NCBI GenBank assembly: GCA_963782525.1 | Contig: CAWAKC010000007.1 | Location: 224,001 to 288,000, forward strand | Source of the DNA: Candidatus Bathyarchaeota archaeon | Lineage (GTDB): Archaea; Thermoproteota; Bathyarchaeia; Bathyarchaeales; Bathycorpusculaceae | Length of the DNA stretch: 64,000 nucleotides | Reading direction: 5' to 3' | Part shown: piece by piece, positions 50,375-61,635 of the stretch | Position numbering within the stretch: position 1 is the first letter of the stretch | Layout of the letters: every line of letters begins with the position of its first letter | Position numbers and translations under genes: made by a program | The notes under the pieces: model-generated | What the model saw: the letters and a program-made list of their open reading frames with translations, nothing else | What the model was told of the DNA's origin: nothing | Databases searched by the model: none

Positions 50375-52324
50375 TTACATTTTTTCTGGCGCAACCACGC
50401 CAATCAAGTTTAGTGCGTTATGTATAACGGTTTTTATGGCTTCTGTGAGCGCTATGCGTGCGTCGCGTAACTCCTGCGAATCTGCTTTGATAACCGGCAA
50501 TGCGTTGTAGAATGTGTTGAACTTGTCCGCTAACACGTTCGCGTAGTCTGCTATCATGTTGGGTTTGAGGTATTCTGTAGCTTCGATGAACATATCTGGG
50601 AACCCTGCGAGATTCAATATGAGTTCGCGCTCGAGCTTTTCGGTTAGCAACTCGTAGGCTGGTTTTTCAGGTTCACGAGCAGCTTTACGTAGAATGCTAC
50701 AGGCTCTTGCATGGGTATATTGAACGTAGGGTGCGCTATTGGTTTCGAAGTTGAGGACGCGTTCCCAAGTGAACACTACAGGCTTTGACGGGTCAACATC
50801 CACGAGTGCATAGCGAACCGCTCCCAACCCGACGAACTCGGCGATTTTATGTTTCTCCTCCTCTGACAGAATCGGGGACCGCTTCGAAACTTCTTCGTAA
50901 GCCCGTTGAACCGCTTCGGTCAAAACCTCATCGAATGTGATGTAGTGCCCTCTTCTGCTGCTCATCTTGTAACCCGGTAAGGTGACCAGGTTATAGGCAA
51001 AATGCACCAGATTCTCGGCGAATTCGCTGTAGCCCATTGCATACAGAGAGATTTTTAGCTGCAACTGTGCCAAAGACTGCTCCATACCGATAACGTTAAT
51101 GACTTTTTGGGCTTTTTTAAACTTCCAGAGGGTGTAGGCGATGTCGCGGGTGGTGTAGAGTGTGGTTCCGTCAGCGCGTCCAAGAGTTAATGGCGGAACT
51201 TCGTTGTTCGGGCTTAAACCCAACTTTGCCTTCAACCCAAGGGTCTGAACAACTTTTTCTGCGTCAAACTCCAAAACACCCTTCTCATTGTAAACAAAAG
51301 GGGTCGCCCTCAGCTTCGCCAACACATCGTTTACTTGCGTACTCCAGACAAAGTCGCTTTCCCAATCCCACGAATCGTAGGTAACGCTAACGCGTTTCAT
51401 GGTTTCGCGGAACCCTTCGAGGCATAGGTCGCTGACATCACGGATGAGTTTTTTGGCGTTTGGTTCGCCGTCTTCGTAGGCGCAGTTTAAACGTTTGATT
51501 TCTTCTTCAGGGTTTTCATCTTGGCTGATTTGCGCAGTTAATGCTTCAAAGAGCACTGGATATTTTTCTTTAAGCTCAGCGGCTATGGACATCCATTCAT
51601 CGATTTCCTTGTTTGCCTTAACTAAATCATCAGCTGAATGGATGGCTATGGCGTTTTCGCGGACTTTTTTGAGGCGGTTAATTTCGACTAGGCAGCTGGT
51701 TACGGTGTAGATTTTTCCGACGAAAAGGTCTGCTTTCTCGGTTGGTTTTGGTCTTCCTATCTTAGCATAACCATATGCGACAACAGATGATTGTCGTCCA
51801 ACATCGTCAATGTAGTAGTGCCTTGAAACCTGATGCCCACGATACTGGAGAATCCGCGCTAAAGCATCACCCAACATAGGGTTGCGTGCCTGACCAATGT
51901 GGATTGGATGCAGCGGGTTAACGCTGGTGTGTTCCACTATGATTTTTTTGGGTTCCTCAGTCTTGACAAAGCCGTAATCAACCCCCAACTTCTTAACCGA
52001 ATCTAAAGTTAGTTCGGAGAATTTTGCGAATTTAACGTGGAAGTTTATGTATCCTGCACCTGCAGGTGCAACCTTCTCGATAAGATTGAAGCTTGATTTG
52101 TCCATGGCATCCACAAGCTGCTGAGCTAAAGCGAGTGGTTTCTGGCCAAGTTTCTTTGCCAACTCAAAACAGAGCGATGAGGCAAGCTGTCCGTAGTCGA
52201 TGTTGGGTGTCTTGTTTAGGGTGAGGGTTGGTTGTTGGATTTCTGGCAGGGTTTTCTTTAGCGCATTGGCTAGGGCTGTTTGGCATTCTTGGCGAAACTG
52301 ATCGAAGGGATTCTGTGAGACCAT
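50375..52324 (-). CDS. argS: Arginine--tRNA ligase (archaeal type)
   Basis: EHTSVNP..PIHIGQARN, YTTRDIAY, KMSSRRG, YVQYTHARACSIL, ends PEKM. Confidence 0.96.
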   Translation of the reverse strand: MVSQNPFDQFRQECQTALANALKKTLPEIQQPTLTLNKTPNIDYGQLASSLCFELAKKLGQKPLALAQQLVDAMDKSSFNLIEKVAPAGAGYINFHVKFAKFSELTLDSVKKLGVDYGFVKTEEPKKIIVEHTSVNPLHPIHIGQARNPMLGDALARILQYRGHQVSRHYYIDDVGRQSSVVAYGYAKIGRPKPTEKADLFVGKIYTVTSCLVEINRLKKVRENAIAIHSADDLVKANKEIDEWMSIAAELKEKYPVLFEALTAQISQDENPEEEIKRLNCAYEDGEPNAKKLIRDVSDLCLEGFRETMKRVSVTYDSWDWESDFVWSTQVNDVLAKLRATPFVYNEKGVLEFDAEKVVQTLGLKAKLGLSPNNEVPPLTLGRADGTTLYTTRDIAYTLWKFKKAQKVINVIGMEQSLAQLQLKISLYAMGYSEFAENLVHFAYNLVTLPGYKMSSRRGHYITFDEVLTEAVQRAYEEVSKRSPILSEEEKHKIAEFVGLGAVRYALVDVDPSKPVVFTWERVLNFETNSAPYVQYTHARACSILRKAAREPEKPAYELLTEKLERELILNLAGFPDMFIEATEYLKPNMIADYANVLADKFNTFYNALPVIKADSQELRDARIALTEAIKTVIHNALNLIGVVAPEKM

Positions 52325-52409
52325 GAACTTTTTTCTCCAATTGCTGTGTTAAGAGTAACTTGACTAGTTATGTTTTTTAAATGTGAAAGCGTACTTATGT
52401 GTCTAATGG

Positions 52410-53276
52410 ATGCAGTTAGCGATGAAAACAAAAATAGTCTATTCAGAGAAATGTTTAGGCTATGGCACATGGCACATAGAAGGACCCCAACGAGTAAAAG
52501 TCGCACATGACATTTTGAAGGGTAAGGGTTACGGGTTTATGGAGCCAAAGCCAGCAAACGACGAAGAACTCTTAACAGTTCACGACGCTGATTACCTCTT
52601 TAACATAAAAAAGGGATTGGTTGAAGATTCGGACACCCCAGCATACGCCAATATCTACGAGTTCGCAAGACTCTCCGTTGGCGGAGCGCTATTGGCCAGT
52701 AAAATCAACGGTTTTTCTCTTATGCGTCCACCTGGACATCACGTGGGAAGATATGGGGCAGCTTTGGGTTCTACAACTCGGGGTTTCTGCTACCTAAACA
52801 ACATCGCCATAGCCGTCAAAGAATCAAGAAAACGCACATTAATCTTGGACATCGATGGACACCACGGAAACGGGACACAGGAAATCTTTCAAGGGGATGA
52901 AAAAGTTGCTTACATATCGCTTCATCAATCACCCAATTACCCTGGAACAGGCCACTTCACCGAAGGCAACTGCATCAACTACGCATTGCCAAGCAATTTA
53001 GGCGGAAAACAATACATAGAAACACTCGACAAAGCATTAGGCACGATTGATTTAGCCAAGTTCGAAGCAGTTGCCGTTTCCGCGGGCTTCGATACCCACC
53101 AGGGCGATTTAGCAAGTTTAGGCTTACTCGACAAGGATTATTTTGAGATTGGAAAAAGAGTTGCCCAACTTAAAAAACCCGCATTCTTTGTACTGGAAGG
53201 CGGTTACGTTGGTGAAAAGGTTGGGTTGGACATTGATAGTTTTTTGAGGGGTTATGAAGAAAACTGGAAAGAATAG
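52410..53276 (+). CDS. Histone deacetylase / acetylpolyamine amidohydrolase family
   Basis: RPPGHH, GFCYLNN, DIDGHHGNGTQ, SAGFD, LEGGY. Confidence 0.92.
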   Translation: MQLAMKTKIVYSEKCLGYGTWHIEGPQRVKVAHDILKGKGYGFMEPKPANDEELLTVHDADYLFNIKKGLVEDSDTPAYANIYEFARLSVGGALLASKINGFSLMRPPGHHVGRYGAALGSTTRGFCYLNNIAIAVKESRKRTLILDIDGHHGNGTQEIFQGDEKVAYISLHQSPNYPGTGHFTEGNCINYALPSNLGGKQYIETLDKALGTIDLAKFEAVAVSAGFDTHQGDLASLGLLDKDYFEIGKRVAQLKKPAFFVLEGGYVGEKVGLDIDSFLRGYEENWKE

Positions 53277-53287
53277 AGAGATTGTTT

Positions 53288-53905
53288 CTATTTTTTTGCT
53301 TTTACTTTTTTGTTCAAAGCTTCTAGTTTTTCTGTTATTACCCCTGAACGCTTCTCTGCAATAGCCAGAAATGGTTTCCAGTCCTTGTTCTTGATGCTAA
53401 CGGTTATTTTTTCAATTTGTTCTGACAAAGTTGATAATGAGTCGTTAAAACGTTTTTCTGCTTCTGCATCCGAATCCACAATTGCTAATGCTTCTTCTGG
53501 ACAAGATGAAACGCATTGTGGCTCACCCTTACAAAGGTCGCATGCGATCGCCTTTCCAGTATCTGCATGTATAGTTATTCCGCCGTGATCACAAGCTTGA
53601 ACGCACCAGTCGCAACCTTTACACTTATTTTCGTCGATTATTAACAGGCCTGTATCCTCTGCTTGTGAAAGCGCCCGTTCCGGACATGCTTTTACACATT
53701 TCGCATCTTTGCAGCCTCTGCAAGACAATGCAAAGTTGAGCACTGGCGCCATCCGAACTACTCTAATTCTGGAGCGGATTGGATTCCAAGTGTTTTCACC
53801 TTTTTCTACGGTGCAAGCATATTCACAAATCCCGCATCCAATGCATTTGCCTGGGTCAACTGAAATGAATTTTCGTTGTTGAGTTTTAGCAGACATTGTT
53901 ACCAA
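53288..53905 (-). CDS. 4Fe-4S dicluster electron-transfer protein (HycB/CooF-like) with helical tail
   Basis: Four Cys clusters: CIGCGICEYAC, CRGC..CVKACP, CKGCDWCVQAC, CDLC..CVSSCP. Confidence 0.88.
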   Translation of the reverse strand: MVTMSAKTQQRKFISVDPGKCIGCGICEYACTVEKGENTWNPIRSRIRVVRMAPVLNFALSCRGCKDAKCVKACPERALSQAEDTGLLIIDENKCKGCDWCVQACDHGGITIHADTGKAIACDLCKGEPQCVSSCPEEALAIVDSDAEAEKRFNDSLSTLSEQIEKITVSIKNKDWKPFLAIAEKRSGVITEKLEALNKKVKAKK

Positions 53906-54672
53906 ACCTTCTTCGGCGTTAAAGTAACACTGTGCATCATTTGCTTTTAACCGTTACTTAAAAAAACCACCAATTCCAAGTAAAAACCAGATAACCAATG
54001 GTTGAACTGAAGTGTTCAGAAAAAACTATAGAACCCTTATGTATAGAGTTAAGGGCTAAAAATAGTCAAAACGGGCTATTTTTGTGGAGGTCTGGGCGGC
54101 CAAGGCGTTTCAGAATGAAGTTTTCCGCCTGAAGCCCAATTCTCCTTGGACTCCTCAGAAATTATGATTGTAGTTGCTTGACTTGGAATACCTAGGCTCT
54201 CCATCACTTTGGTATTCCTTCAACCATTTTCTTCTTATTCTCTAAGCTCATACCGGCCCATACTGTAACTTGCAAAACAGGCACAAACATCACCAAAATA
54301 TCAAGACACGCGCATAATAATAAAATTTTTTATAGTGTGAGGGGTGTGATTTTGAACCCTCAGAAGACCCGAGGATTACTGAGAATTAATTAGCCCGCGA
54401 TAGGCGCCTTTTTTATAGATGGATTTGGAAAGAACAAAAACAGTTGCGAATGGTTTATTGTTGTTCTTTCAACTCTACTGAACTGAAAGAAGAAGGTTAG
54501 AAAATTTGCTCTTCTTCTACCCATTAAATGGTTATTTTCATTTATCGGTAAAACACTCATGGAAGACAGGCCATCGAAGTACCGAAGGCACCTAGTTAAA
54601 GGCAAATGTTGGTGCGGAGGGAGAGCTTTACACTGTCGTTGAAAACTATCATCTCACAGATGCTTATCAAAA

Positions 54673-55041
54673 CTATCTTGACTCGTCGTCTTCAACATCC
54701 ATGGCTTCGCGAATTAACTCAACATCCCGAACGAGCATCTTCTTGTTAGTAGCCTTTAAAACCAAACGTTCTTGCCAGCCGCAATCGGGGCACTCATAAC
54801 TCGGAGGCAGCATCCCTAAGTGACCCCACATATCGCCTCCCGTGCTTTTTGCTCTCTGAACTTTAGGGCTCTTACATTTGGGGCATACCTGAATATCGAG
54901 GCGAATCCCCTGCTTTTCTAGCTCTTCTAGAGCCTGAGTGACCTCAACCGCTTTTTGGATTGCTGCTTCTTCTTGCACCTGTTCAAGTGCAGAGAGCTGC
55001 TGCTTCCTTCGTTTTTTCTTCCGTACTTGGGGGTCAGCCAT
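54673..55041 (-). CDS. Zn-ribbon protein with basic N-terminus
   Basis: CPKC...YECPDCG. Confidence 0.75.
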   Translation of the reverse strand: MADPQVRKKKRRKQQLSALEQVQEEAAIQKAVEVTQALEELEKQGIRLDIQVCPKCKSPKVQRAKSTGGDMWGHLGMLPPSYECPDCGWQERLVLKATNKKMLVRDVELIREAMDVEDDESR

Positions 55042-55303
55042 TTCTCACTCAACTTATACAGCCTGAATAATGGTTAGCTTTAAGAAAAAGTTTTCTGGCA
55101 CAATAATTTACAATTAGTACAGTGGTTTAAAGAATGTAATAAATAGTTGAATTGCGAACCTTTGCAGGATTCTATTTGAACCTAAAAACTGCTGCCGAAA
55201 CAATATTACTCATCATGCTGGCGCTTTCCGTCTGCTTCACAGCAGCATCTTCTACGTCCAACACAGTTCTTTCACACAGACGGATATGAAGTTAATTTAA
55301 CTT

Positions 55304-55536
55304 GTGAGGCACGAAACGAGAGCCAAAATTCTGACAATTTTAGCTCGAATGGCTCAGCTCTTCATAAGGACATAGCACACAGTGTTGGAATTTCTTCGCA
55401 AGCTTTGACTTGGCGGATAAATCAACTCAAAAAGACAGGATTAATCAACGCAGAAAAAGCAGATATAAACATCAAATACAGTTTGAATGATGCAAAGGCG
55501 ATAAAAGTTATCCTCATTCTAACCAATACCTTTTAA
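55304..55536 (+). pseudogene. Winged-HTH regulator remnant
   Basis: RHETRAKILTIL, frameshift, then HKDIAHSVGISSQALTWRINQLKKTGLI...IKYSL. Confidence 0.65.
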
Positions 55537-55820
55537 ATGAATTGGGTTAAAGCTTCTTTGAACATACTTACTTTAAAAAATTGAGCTACACATTTCTTTT
55601 GCGTTAGCCTAGAATACGATTGCTGACACTTTTCAAGAAGTTTATGGCTCACTCAATTGTTTTAGCAAAGGATACTTATTGATTCACAAAACCTTTTGTA
55701 AAAAATGACAGTTCAAACGCTCAAACAAAATCTGAAACAACCCTCGTTTTGATGTTGTTTTTCTACAGTTTTACGCTCAGAACAGGCTTAAAATGAGCAT
55801 AATTACCGTCTGAAGAAGAG

Positions 55821-55905
55821 TGCGGAGGGTGGGATTTGAACCCACGAACCCCTGCGGGATAGGAGCCTCAGTCCTACGCCTTTGGCCATGCTGGGCGACC
55901 TCCGC
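55821..55905 (-). tRNA. tRNA-Leu(GAG)
   Basis: GCGGAGG/CCTCCGC acceptor stem, TAGGA-CTGAGGC-TCCTA anticodon arm, long variable arm, GGTTCAAATCC T-loop; no encoded CCA. Confidence 0.96.
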
Positions 55906-56066
55906 GTTGTGTTGCGGAAATATAGGAACAGGGCTCATTTAAAGGCTTTACTTTATGTTTGGGCGGAAGTGTTTTAGGTTGAGTTTGTTATAGTGTTTTA
56001 TGCGGTTGTAGTGGTAAGGTTTAAACCACAGCAACCCATAACGCTGTTATAAAATAAGGTGTTAAA

Positions 56067-56999
56067 ATGAAAATCAACAAAACAGTCCTCGAAACAATAG
56101 GAAAAACACCCCTCGTCCAAATAAACAAACTAACCCAAGGCGCAGGCGCAACCGTCGTCGCCAAATTGGAAGCCAGAAACCCAGGCGGCAGCGTCAAAGA
56201 CCGCATCTGCCTAAGCATGATAGAGGAAGCAGAAAAACAAGGCATAATAAAACCCGACGCAACCCTCATCGAACCCACAAGCGGCAACACCGGCATCGGC
56301 TTAGCCATGGTCGCAGCAGTAAAAGGCTACAAACTAATCCTCACCATGCCCGAAACAATGAGCATAGAACGCCGCAACCTCCTAAAAGCATATGGAGCTC
56401 AGCTCGTCCTAACCCCAGGACCAGAAGGTATGGGCGGAGCCATAAAAAAAGCTGAAGACCTCGTCAAAGCCACACCTAACAGCTTCATGCCCCAACAATT
56501 CAAAAACCTAGCCAACCCCAAAATCCACAGGGAAACGACTGGACCAGAAATTTGGGAAGACACCGACGGCAAAGTAGACATCGTCGTCGCGGGAGTGGGG
56601 ACGGGCGGAACCATAACAGGCATAGCCCAGTCCATCAAGCCCCAGAAACCGGAGTTTAAAGCGGTCGCGGTTGAGCCTGCTTCATCGCCTGTGTTGAGCG
56701 GGGGACAGAAAGGACCACACAAAATCCAAGGAATAGGCGCAGGCTTCAGACCCGACGTGTTAAAACTTGACTTGGTAGATGAAATATTCAAGGTAACAGA
56801 TGACCAGGCACTGCAAACGGCAAGGCAGCTAGCTCAAAAAGAGGGCTTACTCGTCGGCATATCGTCTGGAGCCGCAGCTTACGCTGCCATAGAAATCGCG
56901 AAACGCCCCGAAAACAAGGGTAAACTCATAGTCGTTATTCTCCCTGATACGGGCGAACGTTACTTAAGCACCGTTCTCTTCCAAGAACCAACTGGCTAA
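56067..56999 (+). CDS. cysK: Cysteine synthase A (O-acetylserine sulfhydrylase)
   Basis: [41 protein letters not shown]. Confidence 0.96.
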   Translation: MKINKTVLETIGKTPLVQINKLTQGAGATVVAKLEARNPGGSVKDRICLSMIEEAEKQGIIKPDATLIEPTSGNTGIGLAMVAAVKGYKLILTMPETMSIERRNLLKAYGAQLVLTPGPEGMGGAIKKAEDLVKATPNSFMPQQFKNLANPKIHRETTGPEIWEDTDGKVDIVVAGVGTGGTITGIAQSIKPQKPEFKAVAVEPASSPVLSGGQKGPHKIQGIGAGFRPDVLKLDLVDEIFKVTDDQALQTARQLAQKEGLLVGISSGAAAYAAIEIAKRPENKGKLIVVILPDTGERYLSTVLFQEPTG

Positions 57000-57074
57000 A
57001 ACATCCAAACCGCGTCGAAAAGACGCTTTTCTTATATTCCCCCCTTTTCACATAGTCTAACTAAGGGAAACCAA

Positions 57075-58139
57075 ATGTCCGCAAACCCAAACCAGCCTAT
57101 ACCGAAAGAATGCCATGAATGCAAAGACAAAAACTTGATGAACGATTGCTGGAATCCAGACCGCATGTTAGCCACGCTTATGCATAATCATGACAAAGTG
57201 GAACAAGACTGGGTTGAAACTCGAGTGCCAAAGCTAGTAGACGAAATCATGACTAGTTACCAAAAATATGGTGGTATGGACCATCTTGAAGGGCGAGACC
57301 TGCCTTCAAAAAAAGTGGTCATCGAAGTTTTAGAAGATTTATTCATGGTTCTTTTTCCCGGCTACCTAGGCGATTCAGAAATCACCAAAGCCAACATAAA
57401 GTATCATTTGGGCACCACTTTAACCTCTGTTTCCACCCGACTCACGGAGGAAGTCGAGCGGAGCCTAAAGTACATCTGCAGAAAAATCAGCGGATGCCCA
57501 CAGGACGTATGCCAAAAACGCGCTCACGTAGTAGTTAAGGAGCTGCTTGAAAAACTTCCGGAAATCCGCGCAATGCTAAGCGGCGACATCCAAGCAGCCT
57601 ACAGCGGCGACCCAGCAGCAGTAAGCACCGAAGAAGTCATCTTAAGTTACCCCTGCGTGTTGGCAATAACTACTTACCGAATAGCACATGAACTCTACCT
57701 GGCCGGAGTACCCTTAATTCCCCGCATAATGAGCGAACATCTGCACTCCTTAACAGGCATCGATATTCATCCAGGCGCAAAAATCGGCAAAAACTTCTTC
57801 ATCGACCACGGAACAGGCGTCGTCATCGGCGAAACCGCAGAAATCGGCGACAACGTAAAACTCTACCAAGGCGTAACATTGGGTGCACTGAGTTTTCCAA
57901 AAGATGAGAAGGGCAACATAATCAAAGGACGCAAACGCCACCCAACCGTCGGAAATAACGTTGTCATTTACTCAGGTGCAACGTTGCTTGGAGCGGAAAC
58001 TGTCATCGGCGACAATGTAGTCATCGGCGGAAATGTCTGGATAACGGGTCCTGTCGCGCCTGGAACAAAAATCACCATTGCTCAACCAGAACAAAAATAC
58101 AAGATGGAAAATCACCACTCAGAAAAAACTAAGCCCTAA
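57075..58139 (+). CDS. cysE: Serine O-acetyltransferase
   Basis: [36 protein letters not shown]. Confidence 0.93.
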   Translation: MSANPNQPIPKECHECKDKNLMNDCWNPDRMLATLMHNHDKVEQDWVETRVPKLVDEIMTSYQKYGGMDHLEGRDLPSKKVVIEVLEDLFMVLFPGYLGDSEITKANIKYHLGTTLTSVSTRLTEEVERSLKYICRKISGCPQDVCQKRAHVVVKELLEKLPEIRAMLSGDIQAAYSGDPAAVSTEEVILSYPCVLAITTYRIAHELYLAGVPLIPRIMSEHLHSLTGIDIHPGAKIGKNFFIDHGTGVVIGETAEIGDNVKLYQGVTLGALSFPKDEKGNIIKGRKRHPTVGNNVVIYSGATLLGAETVIGDNVVIGGNVWITGPVAPGTKITIAQPEQKYKMENHHSEKTKP

Positions 58140-58150
58140 ATTGTAGGGCT
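58132..58150. terminator. Hairpin between convergent cysE and Lrp genes
   Basis: AGCCCTA-AATTG-TAGGGCT. Confidence 0.35.
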
Positions 58151-58155
58151 CTGTT

Positions 58156-58626
58156 TTAGAGCAGTCGGAAGTTTTCTTTCACAGTCGTTAAGACTACATG
58201 AGTGTTTGTGCGTTCAATGTATGGGAGTGAGAGCAGTTTTTTGGTGAAGGCGCCTAGGTCTTCGCGGCTTTTGAATTTTGCGACGATGATGGCGTCGGTT
58301 AAGCCCGTGACGTCGTAGACTCCGCAGACGTTGGGGATTTTGGCTATTTCGTTTTCGGTTTCGACGAGCCTGCCTTTAGAAACGGTGATTTCGGTGACTA
58401 CTGTTAGTTGGTAGCCCAGTTTTTCATGGTCCAAAATAACAGAGTATCCTTTGATTAAGCCGTCATCTTCCATCTTTTTTATTCTGGATAAGACTGTGCC
58501 GACTGAAACGCCAACGTTCTTGGCGATTTGTCTGCTTGAGAACCTTGCATCCTCCAATAGACCTTTAAGTATTTTTACGTCGGTTTCGTTTAATTCCATA
58601 ACTATCTTTCCTGCACGTTCTTTCAA
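58156..58626 (-). CDS. Lrp/AsnC transcription regulator
   Basis: LNETDVKIL..LLEDARFS HTH; VYDVTG. Confidence 0.92.
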   Translation of the reverse strand: MKERAGKIVMELNETDVKILKGLLEDARFSSRQIAKNVGVSVGTVLSRIKKMEDDGLIKGYSVILDHEKLGYQLTVVTEITVSKGRLVETENEIAKIPNVCGVYDVTGLTDAIIVAKFKSREDLGAFTKKLLSLPYIERTNTHVVLTTVKENFRLL

Positions 58627-58809
58627 TTAAAGCCTATTTTTTGGGACAGCCTTTTGATAATCATATGATTAAGTTAATAAAAGTTTAGTAATTTGGGCTA
58701 AGCAACGGAGCCTTAATTAACGCAACAAACCGAAAAAACATGTTTTTAGCTGTAAATAGATAGTAATCTTAAATTATAGCCTAAACCCCAATAGTTCTGA
58801 GCCACTGCA

Positions 58810-60360
58810 ATGCAAGCGAAATACGATACCATACTCGTCTTGGACTTCGGCGGGCAATACTGCCATCTTATAGGCAGAAGAATCAGAGAGCACGGCGTTT
58901 ACTCAGAAATCGTTCCACACGACATCTCACCCGAAGAAGTGGCGACTCTAAACGAGAAATTCAACGTTAAAGGCTTAATTTTTTCAGGCGGACCCTCAAG
59001 CGTCTACGATCTAAATGCACCTAAACTTCACCCACGCATCTTAGAGGTCAACCTGCCAATTTTGGGCTTGTGTTATGGGCATCAACTTTTAGCACAAATC
59101 ACGGGAAGCAAGGTTGAGCCTGCAGCTTGCAAAGAATACGGCATTGCACAAGTGGCAATCGACAAGCCAGTGGGCGTTTTGGAAGGGTTAGGTGATACTG
59201 AACAGGTTTGGATGAGTCATGGCGACACAGTCTTTGCGCCGCCAGCTGAATTCGAGGCACTCGCTCACACCGACAACTGCCCTGTCGCCGCATTTCGCCA
59301 CAAAACAAAACCAATCTACGGCCTACAATGGCACCCCGAAGTTATCCACACCCCAAACGGCATGCGCATGCTCCAAAACTTCATATTCCAAGTCTGTAAG
59401 TGCCAAGCCAACTGGCAGATGGAAGACCTCATACCGAAAATAGTCAAAGAACTCCAAACCGAAACAGGTGGAAGCACAGCGATAATAGGGTTAAGCGGCG
59501 GTATTGATTCCAGCGTCGCCACCGCACTTGCTGCACAAGCACTCGGCGACAGGTTAACTGCAGTCTACGTTGACCATGGTTTTATGCGGGAGGGCGAAAC
59601 AGAACAAATCCGCGAAGCCTTCGGAAAATTTAACATACGCTTCATCGTTGCCAACGCTCAAGAGCGGTTCATGGCTAAACTAAGGGGAGTCAGTGAACCT
59701 GAAACTAAGCGGAAGATTATGGGAGAAGAGTTCATCAGAGTTTTTGAGGAGTTTGCAATCGAATCAGGCGCCGAATACCTCATCCAAGGTACTATCTACC
59801 CAGACAGAATCGAGTCAGGCTTCAGGAAAAACTCAAATAAAATCAAGTCTCACCACAACGTTGCAGGTTTACCAGAGAAGATTAAGTTCAAAAAAATCCT
59901 CGAGCCCCTCCGCGACCTATACAAAGACGAAGTCCGAAAGGTTGCCAGAATGCTGGATTTGCCTAAAGAAATCGTGAATCGCCAGCCGTTTCCAGGACCA
60001 GGCTTAGCAGTGAGGATAATCGGCATTTTAGATGAGGAAAAAGTCTCAATCGCCAAGAAAGCCGACAAAATTGTCCGAGAAGAAATCGAGAAGAACAATT
60101 TAGCGGATAATCTTTGGCAATACTTTGCTGTGTTAACTGATACTAAAGCCACTGGTGTAAAAGGTGATGCACGCGCGTACGGCTACGTTGTGGCTGTTCG
60201 GGCGATGGAGAGCCGCGAGGCTATGACCGCCAGCTTCGCCAAGATACCATACCCAGTTTTGGAAAAGATTTCCACCCGAATAACAAACGAGATTCCCCAG
60301 GTTACCCGAGTGGTTTACGATGTTACTCATAAGCCTCCCGCAACCATTGAATGGGAATAA
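58810..60360 (+). CDS. guaA: GMP synthase (glutamine-hydrolysing), single-chain
   Basis: LDFGGQY, GLCYGHQ, QWHPEV, SGGIDS, KSHHNV, PFPGPGL, KPPATIEWE. Confidence 0.96.
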   Translation: MQAKYDTILVLDFGGQYCHLIGRRIREHGVYSEIVPHDISPEEVATLNEKFNVKGLIFSGGPSSVYDLNAPKLHPRILEVNLPILGLCYGHQLLAQITGSKVEPAACKEYGIAQVAIDKPVGVLEGLGDTEQVWMSHGDTVFAPPAEFEALAHTDNCPVAAFRHKTKPIYGLQWHPEVIHTPNGMRMLQNFIFQVCKCQANWQMEDLIPKIVKELQTETGGSTAIIGLSGGIDSSVATALAAQALGDRLTAVYVDHGFMREGETEQIREAFGKFNIRFIVANAQERFMAKLRGVSEPETKRKIMGEEFIRVFEEFAIESGAEYLIQGTIYPDRIESGFRKNSNKIKSHHNVAGLPEKIKFKKILEPLRDLYKDEVRKVARMLDLPKEIVNRQPFPGPGLAVRIIGILDEEKVSIAKKADKIVREEIEKNNLADNLWQYFAVLTDTKATGVKGDARAYGYVVAVRAMESREAMTASFAKIPYPVLEKISTRITNEIPQVTRVVYDVTHKPPATIEWE

Positions 60361-60471
60361 TACCGAGTTTCAACATTTTGATGACTTAAAAACCGACGAT
60401 ACGACCTACGTCCTATAGGTTTCTGTATAGAACTGCTATTGGATCCCTGATGGGTTGGTAAAATTCAGCCG

Positions 60472-61593
60472 GTGGTTCATAATTGTTTATATAAAAACGC
60501 CTCAATAGTCTTAAGCCATACCAAGGTGACACCTCTGAAAGCATTGATTCTAGCAGGCGGCTTCGCTACAAGACTACGACCCCTAAGTTGCTCCAGACCC
60601 AAAACCCTTTTCCCCATAGTCAACAAACCACTGTTACAGTGGATTTTTGAACGATTAGCCGAAGGCGGAGTAGACGAAGCCATTCTCGCAGTCAACGCAC
60701 TAACAAAATTTTACATCCAACAACATAAACCGTCAAAATGCGGTTTAAAAGTTCGGTTTTCCGTTGACCCACCCAAGATGCCGCTGGGTACAGGTGGTCC
60801 ACTGAAAAAAGCAGAAAAGCTGATTGGCCATGATGAACCGTTTATCATGTTGAACGGCGACATTTACGCTGACATAAACTACCGCGAACTACTTGAGGCG
60901 CACAGAAAATCAGGTGCCTTGGCAACTATTGCGCTCAGCAAAGTTGAGGACCCATGCAGTTTTGGCGTGGCAGACCTAAAAGGCAATGTCATCAAACGGT
61001 TCGTGGAGAAACCGCCTAAGGGTCAAGCGCCCAGCAATCTCATAAATGCTGGTGCCTACGTTCTCAGCCCAGAAGTGTTCGCTTATATTCCAGAAGGAAG
61101 AGCGGTTTCTATCGAGCGCGAAGTCTTCCCAAAACTAGCGGAGGAAGGCAAACTATGTGGCCACTGCATCAATGGGTTATGGATAGATATTGGCAAACCC
61201 CATGAATACTTGGAAGCAAACAAGATTGTCCTCGATTCTCTGGCAAAAACCAAACAAGCTAACCCTGAACCATTTGTGAGAGCCCCTGTTGCCCTGGACG
61301 ACGGCGTTGTAATAGGCGAAAAATCAGTTATAGGACCCTACGCGGTATTAGGTAAGAACGTCAAAGTCGGCAAAAACGTCCAAATCTCCAATTCAGTCAT
61401 CTTTGCAGAAGCTCACATAGCGGACGGTGCCATCCTCAACGGAGCAATAGTTGGCGAAGGCGCAAAAATTGGCAAAGGCGTTAAGCTTTCAAAGGGCTGC
61501 GTTGTAGGTGACCTCTCTAAGGTAAAAGACAGCATTCATATGCATGATGGACAAGTAGTTTGCCCCGCAAAAGAAGTCACTGAAACGTTTTAA
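60472..61593 (+). CDS. NDP-sugar synthase (mannose-1-phosphate guanylyltransferase-like)
   Basis: LAGGFATRLRPL..PK, PLGTGG, NGD, FVEKP, WIDIG, C-terminal hexapeptide repeats. Confidence 0.92.
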   Translation: MVHNCLYKNASIVLSHTKVTPLKALILAGGFATRLRPLSCSRPKTLFPIVNKPLLQWIFERLAEGGVDEAILAVNALTKFYIQQHKPSKCGLKVRFSVDPPKMPLGTGGPLKKAEKLIGHDEPFIMLNGDIYADINYRELLEAHRKSGALATIALSKVEDPCSFGVADLKGNVIKRFVEKPPKGQAPSNLINAGAYVLSPEVFAYIPEGRAVSIEREVFPKLAEEGKLCGHCINGLWIDIGKPHEYLEANKIVLDSLAKTKQANPEPFVRAPVALDDGVVIGEKSVIGPYAVLGKNVKVGKNVQISNSVIFAEAHIADGAILNGAIVGEGAKIGKGVKLSKGCVVGDLSKVKDSIHMHDGQVVCPAKEVTETF

Positions 61594-61635
61594 AACCTAG
61601 AGTTGTTTGATAGATAACTACTGAGTTGAATTTAC

